Below are positions 25,676-34,350 of a stretch of DNA of 64,000 nucleotides, piece after piece. Source of the stretch: Candidatus Woesebacteria bacterium. Its GTDB lineage: Bacteria; Patescibacteriota; Microgenomatia; UBA8517. Position 1 is the stretch's first letter, and every line of letters begins with the position of its first letter. A program made the translations under genes and the position numbers. The notes beneath the pieces were generated by a model. That model ran no database searches, had not been told where the DNA came from, and saw only the letters and a program-made list of their open reading frames with translations. The stretch lies in the NCBI GenBank assembly GCA_963716475.1, contig OY970314.1, positions 138,479-202,478 of the forward strand, read 5' to 3'.

Positions 25676-25825
25676 GACCCTGTTTTCAAAAGCTCGGTGG
25701 CATTCCTGGAATATCCAGGTGGGTGAGCTGCCTCCCTCGGCACAAAGGCCTTGGTCGGACTTCGCCCTCCCAAGTTAAATTTACTTGATCAGGAAATTAA
25801 AACCGATGCTTCCTTTAACAGGGTC
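25676..25825 (-). ncRNA. ssrS: 6S RNA (SsrS) candidate
   Basis: Closing stem GACCCTGTT/AACAGGGTC followed by T6; internal GGGAG...CCCACCTG..CAGG; TGcTACAAT -10 at 25832-25840. Confidence 0.6.
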
Positions 25826-25862
25826 AATATCATTGTAGCATGAAAGTCAATCCGTGAAAGTA

Positions 25863-26513
25863 TTAGATCGTAGAAAATCCCGGGATAAGAATCCGCAAAA
25901 AGAAATTGATGACAGGACTCAAAATCGGTGAGATTAGAGACGTACCGCTAAAAATGGGAAAAATCAAAAGAACAAGTAGAATAAAGCCAAATCTGTTCAG
26001 GAAGGCATCAAGCTCACGAGCCTCCTTTTCCGGTAAAAAACCGACTAATATCTTTCCTCCATCCAGAGGATGAATTGGAATCAGGTTAAAAACTGCAAGG
26101 ATGAGATTGAACTCGATTAGATAGAAGAAGAGGGTGAAAAATGTTGCCGTAGGAAATATTACTAAAAGAACCCTGAGAAATATAGACAGCGTTATAGCGA
26201 AGATTAAGTTTGCCGTTGGCCCTGCTAAGGAAATTAAGGCAGCATCTTTTTTGGGATTTTTAAGGTTATATGGGTCGATTGGGACCGGTTTTGCCCAGCC
26301 AAAAAGAAAAGGGGAATGAAAAAGGAAGAGAAGGAGAGGTACAAGTATCGTTCCGTAGATATCTATGTGGGGGATGGGGTTAAGGGTAAGTCTGCCCATG
26401 AGGCGTGCGGTTGGATCTCCAAGCCTATCTGCCGCCCAACCATGGGCCACTTCATGAACAATTATGGCCATTGCAAAGCCAATTATGCCAATAACGATAA
26501 ATAGAATATCCAT
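25863..26513 (-). CDS. Site-2 protease family (M50) membrane metalloprotease
   Basis: HEVAH, GDPTA, GWAKPVP and FNLIPIHPLDG. Confidence 0.92.
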   Translation of the reverse strand: MDILFIVIGIIGFAMAIIVHEVAHGWAADRLGDPTARLMGRLTLNPIPHIDIYGTILVPLLLFLFHSPFLFGWAKPVPIDPYNLKNPKKDAALISLAGPTANLIFAITLSIFLRVLLVIFPTATFFTLFFYLIEFNLILAVFNLIPIHPLDGGKILVGFLPEKEARELDAFLNRFGFILLVLLIFPIFSGTSLISPILSPVINFFLRILIPGFSTI

Positions 26514-26549
26514 TGAGATTTGAGCTAATTATATAGTATAATCGTCCCC

Positions 26550-26813
26550 ATGGCATACATTTGTGACAACTGTGGAAAGGCAATAGTTTATGGTAGACAG
26601 AGCACTCACGGCCGTGGTGTTGCTGGGAAAAGGTGGAAGAAAAGAGCCCCAAAAACCCTGAAGATTTTTAAACCCAATCTTCAGAAAATTGCCGTTATGG
26701 TGAACGGTAAAAGGACTCAAATGAAGCTCTGTACGAGTTGCGTCTCGAGATTCAGAAAAGAAGGAAAGATCAAGAAAATTCAGCCCTCGGTAACGAAAGT
26801 TGCATCCTTGTAG
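26550..26813 (+). CDS. rpmB: 50S ribosomal protein bL28
   Basis: CDNCGK...FKPNLQ...CTSC. Confidence 0.93.
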   Translation: MAYICDNCGKAIVYGRQSTHGRGVAGKRWKKRAPKTLKIFKPNLQKIAVMVNGKRTQMKLCTSCVSRFRKEGKIKKIQPSVTKVASL

Positions 26814-27661
26814 CCCTCTTTAAATTGTTTCCAGGAAACTTTTTCTTTTCCTTCAAGTTGAACTTCATCCAAAATCAATTTTTCGCCTTCGAGATGCGCT
26901 TTATGGATTTTAATTCTTCGTACCGTCGGATCGGTTGGAGATAAACGGACCATGGTCCAGGCTACAGGCCAAGGGAGCATCGCTCTTATAAACCGTTCCA
27001 CTTCTTCGGGGGTGGCTTTATTTAAATCGATACGACCATTTTCTCTAGTCATAATTTTTGTGAATGTCGCGTCTGATTCGTCCTGAACTTTCGGCGTAAT
27101 TTTACTTTGCATATAGGGTTTTATTAGTTCAGCCAGAACTTCGGCTGAGCGTTTAAAGAGCCGCGCTCGAAGTGTCTCGGTTGTATCTGTCGATAAGACA
27201 TCTTCTTTAAATTGGGAAACAATCGGCCCGTGGTCAACTTTTTCATCCATTTTGAAAATAGTTACTCCTGTTACAGTTTCTCCGGACTTTATTGTCTCGG
27301 GTATCGGAGAAGCACCCCGATACTTGGGTAAAAGCGATGGGTGAATTACAAGGATTCCATGCGGGAAAAGGTCGATAACGTCTTTCTTTATTATCTCCCC
27401 GTAGGAAGCCAAAACTCCCACGTCAGCAGTAATTGAATCGATAACCAATTCATGGGCGGAGTAATGAATCGGAATTTTGTGTTCATGGGCCCATTTATCT
27501 ATCGGAGAAAAGGTAATTACTTGTTTTCTGCCGACAGGCTTCGGGGATTGGGTGACGACAGCAACAATTGGAGATTTTCCCGGCCCCGTCACAAATTTTT
27601 TGTGGAGGCAGGTCAAAATCGGCAAAACGTAATCCGGAGTTCCAAAAAAAACAATTTTCAG
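26780..27661 (-). CDS. fmt: Methionyl-tRNA formyltransferase (start uncertain: CTG at 27661 or GTG at 27682)
   Basis: KIVFFGTP, HPSLLPKYRGASP, GVTI..MD..D.GP and RAMLPWP. Confidence 0.93.
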   Translation of the reverse strand: MKIVFFGTPDYVLPILTCLHKKFVTGPGKSPIVAVVTQSPKPVGRKQVITFSPIDKWAHEHKIPIHYSAHELVIDSITADVGVLASYGEIIKKDVIDLFPHGILVIHPSLLPKYRGASPIPETIKSGETVTGVTIFKMDEKVDHGPIVSQFKEDVLSTDTTETLRARLFKRSAEVLAELIKPYMQSKITPKVQDESDATFTKIMTRENGRIDLNKATPEEVERFIRAMLPWPVAWTMVRLSPTDPTVRRIKIHKAHLEGEKLILDEVQLEGKEKVSWKQFKEGYKDATFVTEG

Positions 27662-28200
27662 ATAAGATCGACCTCCTCCCACTCATCGCCGTCAACTTTA
27701 TACAAAGGCTTTTTCTCCTTTAGAAGATGGTCTACAAAAAGAATTCCTTCGAGGTGGTCAATTTCATGCAAAATTATTTGGGCGTTGAATCCTTCGAAAG
27801 TTTCTGTGACACTTTCCCCCTTTTCGTTTAAATATTTAACGGTAATTTTACCCGCCCGCTTAAGGGGTCCGTAATAATAGGGAAGAGAGAGACAACCTTC
27901 GAGTATTTCGCGTTTAGGTTTTCCCTTTTTGCCGGATTTCAGACTTTTGGCCTTCGACTCAATTTTAATAACTTCGGGGTTAACAACTACCCTTTCAAAT
28001 CCTTTGTAATTTGCAACAAAAACTCTCAGGGTTTTGCCGATTTGAGGAGCGGCGAGACCGACGCCTTCGGGTTCTTTTTGAACACTCAAAGTATCTTTCA
28101 GGTCCTGAATTAATCTTTGAGTCTTTTTGTCAAAATGGACAACAGCCTTGGACTTCTGACGTAAAACCGGATCGCTTGAAAGCAGTATTTTTCGGATCAT
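27658..28200 (-). CDS. def: Peptide deformylase
   Basis: GVGLAAPQIG, EGCLS and HEIDHL. Confidence 0.97.
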   Translation of the reverse strand: MIRKILLSSDPVLRQKSKAVVHFDKKTQRLIQDLKDTLSVQKEPEGVGLAAPQIGKTLRVFVANYKGFERVVVNPEVIKIESKAKSLKSGKKGKPKREILEGCLSLPYYYGPLKRAGKITVKYLNEKGESVTETFEGFNAQIILHEIDHLEGILFVDHLLKEKKPLYKVDGDEWEEVDLI

Positions 28201-28245
28201 GCCTGAATTATATCAAAAATATGTAGCCAATTGGGAATTGCCGGA

Positions 28246-30333
28246 TTACTTGATACTTTCGAGTGCTTGTTTAGAAAGAGAATCGGTGGGGTCAATGTTA
28301 GTCAGAATATACTCCAGCTGGGCCCTGGCCTCAGCGTTTTGCTTTTTATCAATGAGGAGATATGCGTAAGCAAGCCGGGCGTCTTTATAATCGGCCTTGA
28401 GCTCGACCGTCTTTTTAAGAGTTTCCAACGCCTGATCAGCTTGCCCGGTACGGGCGTAAACCAAGCCCAAATTATAATAAAGTTTGGCGTCCGTGGGAGC
28501 CTGAGTAATGGCGACTTCCAGAGTCTTTCCTGCGTCGATTAAATAATTTGGATTAATTGCCGAAAGCATAATAAATATTCCAAACTCCACTCTTTTTAGA
28601 TTTATATCTGCCGGGGAAATGGCTACAGCTTTATCTATTTCAGAGATGGCCAAATTGGACAATTGTGTAGTTTGATCCGTTTGCTTTTGCTGATTAAAAG
28701 CTATGGCGAGATTGGTGTAGGAATATGCAAGTCCCCGTTCAGCGCCATGATAAATGGCTTGATTCGGTTCAAGACTGATCGCGTGGGTTAAGTACCCTAC
28801 CGCAACATCAGGTTTGCCGATAGAATTATAGCCTATGCCTAATGCGTAAAGATGGTCGGCGTACCAGTAGCGACAAATAAGAATCAAAAGGTATGAGGTA
28901 AAAAGTAAAACTGCTCCAACGGCGGTCTTTCGTATGTTTGATACTGAGGGATTCCCATTTTGTGTTTTTTCCTCCTCACTTCCAAGCAGGGTAATTGCGA
29001 GTGCCGGAAATAAAAATAATTCAAGTTGTGTCGGCACCACGGAAAAACCGAAGAAATTGGTGACCAAAAGCGAGACGTAACCTGCAGCCAGTGCGATTTT
29101 TAAATTGTGAATTTTTGATTGCTCTAATGAATCCGGATAATTTTTTGAATTTGGGATTTTGAATTTTTGAAGAAAAACAAACAGTGAGAAACCAATTAGG
29201 ACCAAGTAAGCTAAAAGTCCGACAGTACCGCTATTTGCCGCGAAATTAAGGTATTCATTATGAGCCTTGTTGTAAATGAAATTCCACTCGGAGGTTAGGT
29301 TATGTTCGGCGGGGCGGTATAAGTAGTATGAATATGCAAATGTTTCCACTCCAGTGCCAAAGATCGGATAATGAAGCCAGACTTGTATTGCTCCTTTCCA
29401 GACAATTCTTCTAATGCTACTTGATTCTGTCCCGCCCGTTTCCAATGATGTAGACCCGGCTTGTACTATCGGCTGTGTTTGACCTCCTGCCGGCTTTCTG
29501 ATTAAATTGCCAATACTCGGAGTCCACTGCGTGCCACTAATAAGACAAACCACAGTTATACAAACACCGATGAATATAAAGGCAGGAATTATTTTTTTGA
29601 TTTCATTGCGTTTTTGCCAGACTGTAAATCCCCAGAAAATTAAGTATGCTACTGCAAAGCCCAAATATCCGGAACGTGATTTTGTGAATATCATTGTCCA
29701 GAAGAAAAGAACAAACAAAGAAAGATAAAGCCAAAGTTTATAATTATTGAGCCTGAACTTTGTGTCTAATAATAAATTCCAAGTAATCGGCATTAATGCA
29801 ATCAGCCAGGATGCCAACCAGTTTGGCTGCCCGAGTGTGGAAAAAACTCTGGACTGCACATCCTGAACCCAGATATTTTTGTCAATGCCAAAATGTTCCA
29901 TGACCCCGTAAATTGAAACAATGGCGGCGGAGACGAGAGTTACGTAAATTAATTTGATGGTTCTTTTGACATCGAAATAACTTACGAATACCCAGTAGAG
30001 TAGGCAGTAGGAAATAACAGACATCATTCCACCATTGAACCTTGAATAGTATCCCAACCACGATGTCCGGGGGTCAATTGAAAGAACGGTAGAAGCAAGT
30101 TGCGTTCCCAAAAAAACCAATAGAGGAATATCCAATATTGTGCGACGAAAGATAAACTTTCTTTGAACAATCATGTCGACGATCCATGCACACGCAATTA
30201 AGGTTGTCAAAATGTAAACCAAAACCATTTTGTTAAATTCAAAAACTTCTGAAGTGAAAGGCCATAAAACCAGCGGAACCAGGAAAAGTAGAATTCCAAA
30301 AAGCCAAAATATAATTTTTCCCAACGTCTTCAC
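28246..30333 (-). CDS. O-antigen-ligase-like (Wzy_C) membrane glycosyltransferase with C-terminal TPRs
   Basis: STLGQPN, TKSRSG, R..W...PIFGTG.ETF and AHNEYL motifs, followed by TPR-like repeats. Confidence 0.85.
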   Translation of the reverse strand: MKTLGKIIFWLFGILLFLVPLVLWPFTSEVFEFNKMVLVYILTTLIACAWIVDMIVQRKFIFRRTILDIPLLVFLGTQLASTVLSIDPRTSWLGYYSRFNGGMMSVISYCLLYWVFVSYFDVKRTIKLIYVTLVSAAIVSIYGVMEHFGIDKNIWVQDVQSRVFSTLGQPNWLASWLIALMPITWNLLLDTKFRLNNYKLWLYLSLFVLFFWTMIFTKSRSGYLGFAVAYLIFWGFTVWQKRNEIKKIIPAFIFIGVCITVVCLISGTQWTPSIGNLIRKPAGGQTQPIVQAGSTSLETGGTESSSIRRIVWKGAIQVWLHYPIFGTGVETFAYSYYLYRPAEHNLTSEWNFIYNKAHNEYLNFAANSGTVGLLAYLVLIGFSLFVFLQKFKIPNSKNYPDSLEQSKIHNLKIALAAGYVSLLVTNFFGFSVVPTQLELFLFPALAITLLGSEEEKTQNGNPSVSNIRKTAVGAVLLFTSYLLILICRYWYADHLYALGIGYNSIGKPDVAVGYLTHAISLEPNQAIYHGAERGLAYSYTNLAIAFNQQKQTDQTTQLSNLAISEIDKAVAISPADINLKRVEFGIFIMLSAINPNYLIDAGKTLEVAITQAPTDAKLYYNLGLVYARTGQADQALETLKKTVELKADYKDARLAYAYLLIDKKQNAEARAQLEYILTNIDPTDSLSKQALESIK

Positions 30334-30421
30334 AACTTAAGATTGTAGCACAAAGGTTTTCGTTAAAAACCCTTTGCAAGTTTTCTCTAAATAGGTATAC
30401 TCCTGATGCGACACAATTTAC

Positions 30422-31495
30422 ATGAAATTCATAAATCCCATAGACAGATTCCTGGGACTTTTCTCCCACGATGTTGGAATTGATTTGGGTACAGCCAACA
30501 CTCTCGTTTATGTCAGAGGCAAGGGAATCGTTATCCGCGAACCTTCGGCGGTGGCAAGACACAAAAAATCAAAAGAAATTTTAGCGATAGGCGCCTCTGC
30601 AAAGAAAATGACAGGCAGGGCTCCTGCGACAATCGAAGTAATCCGCCCCTTGCGGGACGGGGTTATTGCAGACTTTGATGCAACGGCAGCGATGCTTACT
30701 TATTATATTAAGAAAGTTCACGAATCAGGAAGTTCGATGCCGAAAATTCCAAGACCGCGGGTTGTTATAGGAATTCCTTCGGGTGTAACCGAAGTTGAAA
30801 GGAGGGCCGTGGCAGATGCAGCGTTAGACGCGGGCGCCCGTGAGGCAAATTTAATAGAAGAACCCATGGCTGCGGCTATTGGAGCGCACCTTCCGATTGA
30901 GGGACCTGAAGGGATATTTGTAGTTGATATCGGAGGCGGGACGAGCGAAATTGCCGTGATCTCTCTTGGCGGAATAGTACTTGGTAGAAGTGTCCGCATT
31001 GCCGGTGACGAAATGGATGAGGCAATAATTAATTACGTCAGACTTAAGTACTCGCTCCTTCTGGGCCAACCCACAGCTGAGGTGGTCAAGATTGGAATTG
31101 GTTCAGCGGGTTCTCCAAAAGAAAGTTCCGATAAAGCTGAAAAATTTGCCGTTGTCCGCGGCCGCGATCTTGAGGTAGGACTTCCAAAATCGATAAGACT
31201 CACAAGCGGTGAAATCCAGGAGGCTTTAAGCCCCATTATTCAGGAGATTGTCGGGAATATTGTCGATACGCTTGAGGAAATTCCGCCCGAGCTGACCGGC
31301 GATATTATGGAGAGGGGAATTACTCTTGCAGGCGGAGGGTCCCAAATTTCTGGAATTGATAAAGTAATTTCCGAAGCTACAAAAATGCCGGTTTGGATTG
31401 CAGAGGATCCCTTGACCTGTGTGGTCCGGGGTTGTGGAATTTGCCTGGAAGATAACGGACTTCTTAAAAGAATGAGGGTAACAAAAGGCCTGTAA
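30422..31495 (+). CDS. mreB: Rod shape-determining protein MreB
   Basis: GIDLGTANT, PLRDGVIAD, EEPMAAAIGA and DIGGGT. Confidence 0.96.
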   Translation: MKFINPIDRFLGLFSHDVGIDLGTANTLVYVRGKGIVIREPSAVARHKKSKEILAIGASAKKMTGRAPATIEVIRPLRDGVIADFDATAAMLTYYIKKVHESGSSMPKIPRPRVVIGIPSGVTEVERRAVADAALDAGAREANLIEEPMAAAIGAHLPIEGPEGIFVVDIGGGTSEIAVISLGGIVLGRSVRIAGDEMDEAIINYVRLKYSLLLGQPTAEVVKIGIGSAGSPKESSDKAEKFAVVRGRDLEVGLPKSIRLTSGEIQEALSPIIQEIVGNIVDTLEEIPPELTGDIMERGITLAGGGSQISGIDKVISEATKMPVWIAEDPLTCVVRGCGICLEDNGLLKRMRVTKGL

Positions 31496-31537
31496 TTTCC
31501 AAAATTTGGATTTTCAGTGTAAATTGGTAGTTAAATT

Positions 31538-33172
31538 ATGAATTCTCTCTCAGCAATCAAATCCCAATCGTGGCTTTCCTGGTTTTTAAGAGGAATTCTG
31601 ATTCTTTTGTTTTTGGTTCTTTTTGCAAAGCTTTTTGAAGTCCAGATTATTAAAGGCAAATATTATCAGGATTTGTCACAAGGCAATAGGATCCGCCACG
31701 TCGCCGTTCCCGCCCCCCGCGGAAGAATTTTGGCTCGTGGTGGAGAAGAATTGGCAACAAATGTTGAGATTAAAAAAAGAGTTAAATTTGCTTCCGACGG
31801 AAGTTTTACTGTAACGGATGATTTGACTGACGCAAAGCCGGAAGAATTTATTACCGATTACAAAAGAGTTTATCCTATGGGTGATAAATTTTCTCATGCG
31901 CTAGGATATCTTGCTCAAGTTGGTCCAGAGGAGGTGGGTAAAATTAATCCGGGGTGCCCTGAAAAAGGCCCAATGTCTCCCGATGAATTAATCGGTAAAA
32001 CAGGTTTGGAACAAGCGTATGAATGTAGTTTACTGGGAACGCCGGGTGAGGAGCTTATTGAGGTTAGCGCGACAGGTGCTGAGGTCAGAGTTTTGGGAAG
32101 ACGTGAACCTGTCCCTGGGCGTGATCTAAAAACAACAGTTGATTATGGACTTCAAACGGTGGTTGCTTCGGCAATGAACGGAAAGAAGGGGGCGGCGATT
32201 GTAACAGACGTAACGGGACAAGTTTTGGCTTTTTATTCTTACCCGACTTTTGATCCAAACCTGTTTATTAATAAGAATAATAGCCGGGAGATCGGAAACT
32301 TACTTAAAGATCCGGGTCTACCCTTTTTCGACAGGGTTATAAGCGGTACATATCACCCGGGATCGGTTTTTAAGCCAATAGTTGCTCTTTCGGCGCTGGA
32401 GGAGGGTGAAATTGACAAAAATTTCCGTTACAACGATACGGGCATGATAACGGTGAATGGTTATTCCTATACCAACTGGTACTTTACGGAGTATGGAAGA
32501 ACGGAAGGGTCTATTGGTTTGGTAAAAGCAATAGCCCGTTCTACGGATACATTCTTTTATACAATAGGGCAAATGGTAGGGCCGGAAGAGATTGCAAAAT
32601 GGGCAAAGACTTTTGGCTTAGATAGCCCAACAGGGATTGACATTCCGGGAGAAGCTGCGGGTCTTATACCGACTCCCGAATGGAAAAAAGAAGTTACGGG
32701 GCAGTCGTGGTTTCTGGGAAATACTTATCATATGGCAATTGGCCAGGGGGATGTTTCAGTTACCCCTATTGAATTAAATAATTACATTTCGGGAATTGCT
32801 ACCGGCGGAAAAATTTGTGAACCCAGATTCAATATGGAGAGCGCTCCGAATTGCAGAGCCGTAAATGTCTCCGAAAGTAATTTCAGCTTGATACACGACG
32901 GAATGGGAGCGGCATGTTCGGAGGGGGGTACCGCCTTCACTTTTTTTGATTTCTCGCAAAAACACAATGGGACAACCGTTGACTGTAAGACAGGAACGGC
33001 AGAGGTTGGCACAGACGGAACACCCCATGCTTGGTTTACCTTTTTTGCACCGGCGGTTAGTCCCCAAATAGTATCCACGGTTATTATAGAAAGAGGCGGT
33101 GAGGGCTCGAGTGTTGCCGGTCCTATTGCTAGAAAGATTGCCGATTATTATTTTGCTTCTCAAAGTAATTGA
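31538..33172 (+). CDS. mrdA: Class B penicillin-binding protein (PBP2-like)
   Basis: N-terminal TM, RG.I, GKTGLE, SVFK (SxxK), STD and KTGTAE. Confidence 0.85.
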   Translation: MNSLSAIKSQSWLSWFLRGILILLFLVLFAKLFEVQIIKGKYYQDLSQGNRIRHVAVPAPRGRILARGGEELATNVEIKKRVKFASDGSFTVTDDLTDAKPEEFITDYKRVYPMGDKFSHALGYLAQVGPEEVGKINPGCPEKGPMSPDELIGKTGLEQAYECSLLGTPGEELIEVSATGAEVRVLGRREPVPGRDLKTTVDYGLQTVVASAMNGKKGAAIVTDVTGQVLAFYSYPTFDPNLFINKNNSREIGNLLKDPGLPFFDRVISGTYHPGSVFKPIVALSALEEGEIDKNFRYNDTGMITVNGYSYTNWYFTEYGRTEGSIGLVKAIARSTDTFFYTIGQMVGPEEIAKWAKTFGLDSPTGIDIPGEAAGLIPTPEWKKEVTGQSWFLGNTYHMAIGQGDVSVTPIELNNYISGIATGGKICEPRFNMESAPNCRAVNVSESNFSLIHDGMGAACSEGGTAFTFFDFSQKHNGTTVDCKTGTAEVGTDGTPHAWFTFFAPAVSPQIVSTVIIERGGEGSSVAGPIARKIADYYFASQSN

Positions 33173-33222
33173 CAACCAAACTTCATATGCAGAGTTTCTG
33201 AATATTAGTTATAGTTATTATT

Positions 33223-34305
33223 GTGACCGAGGATTGGTATCTGACTGCTATTTATGCTTTTAATTATTTTGGCCCTGCGAGGGTGAAGCTTCTCCTGTCG
33301 TATTTTGGCAAGGCCAAGGATGTTTGGAAAAGCCCGAATGAAAAATTAATAGAAATTGGATTATCGAATGAAAAAGTTACCGCGTTCGATAATTTCAGGA
33401 AGTGCTTTGACATCGAAAAATATTTTAACCGTTTGGATTCTTTAAAGATCAGGGTTGTGACAATTTTGGATAAGAACTATCCGCAGAATTTAAAAGGATT
33501 AGACGGAGCGCCGTCAGCTTTGTATTACAAAGGCTCTCTCACATGTTTGGAAACCAATTCGGTTGCCGTCGTAGGCAGTCGGCAAATGACTTCTTACGGA
33601 AAAGAAGTCACGGAAAAGTTTTCAGGAGAATTGTCTGATTTTGGAATTACGATAATTTCCGGGCTGGCACGTGGCGTGGATACTTGTGCTCACCGTGCCT
33701 GTCTTGCTGCGGGCGGGAAAACTGTTGCAGTTTTGGGAAACGGGTTGGACAGTATTTACCCTCCGGAGAACTTAAAGTTGTCCCAAGAAATTATAAATAC
33801 AAAAGGTGCGCTTATTAGCGAGTACCCTTTGGGGCATCCGGCTCTTCCAACCAATTTCGCGGCGAGAAACAGAATTATCTCAGGCCTTGCTTCGGCCGTT
33901 ATCGTGATCGAAGGAGCCGAGAAAAGTGGTACTCTTCTGACTGCGGCCCACGCAGCCGAACAGGGAAAGACTGTGTTTGCGGTTCCGGGGCAAATTACCT
34001 CACCTCTTTCCAAAGCACCTTTATTTTTACTTAAGAACGGAGCCAAAATGGCAACCGAAACCAAAGACATTCTGGATGAGCTCGATTTGCAAATAAAGGT
34101 GGACAGGCAACTATTCGAAAAAATTGTTCCGGGTAGTCCTGAAGAGGAATTATTACTGGAAATTTTGAAAAATGAACCCTTGCATCTTGACGAGCTTGTT
34201 AGAATATCAAGGTGCAAAACCGCTGAAATTTCTGCTAGACTGACAATCATGGAAATGAAAGGCATGGTAAGAAATTTGGGTAAGGGAATGTATAAGAAAT
34301 TATGA
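33223..34305 (+). CDS. dprA: DNA-processing protein DprA
   Basis: VGSR..T.YG, SGLARGVD..AH, RNRIISGL and a C-terminal winged helix. Confidence 0.95.
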   Translation: MTEDWYLTAIYAFNYFGPARVKLLLSYFGKAKDVWKSPNEKLIEIGLSNEKVTAFDNFRKCFDIEKYFNRLDSLKIRVVTILDKNYPQNLKGLDGAPSALYYKGSLTCLETNSVAVVGSRQMTSYGKEVTEKFSGELSDFGITIISGLARGVDTCAHRACLAAGGKTVAVLGNGLDSIYPPENLKLSQEIINTKGALISEYPLGHPALPTNFAARNRIISGLASAVIVIEGAEKSGTLLTAAHAAEQGKTVFAVPGQITSPLSKAPLFLLKNGAKMATETKDILDELDLQIKVDRQLFEKIVPGSPEEELLLEILKNEPLHLDELVRISRCKTAEISARLTIMEMKGMVRNLGKGMYKKL

Positions 34306-34350
34306 ATTTCTAGGCACTTGTTCTAATGAACAATTGTAGAAAAATATAAT

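Noticed and set aside
16115-26813. Convergent 3' overlaps rnhB/rpsU (32 nt) and rpmB/fmt (34 nt) as antisense regulation
   Set aside because: Short tail overlaps are common in compact genomes, and nothing else supports a function.
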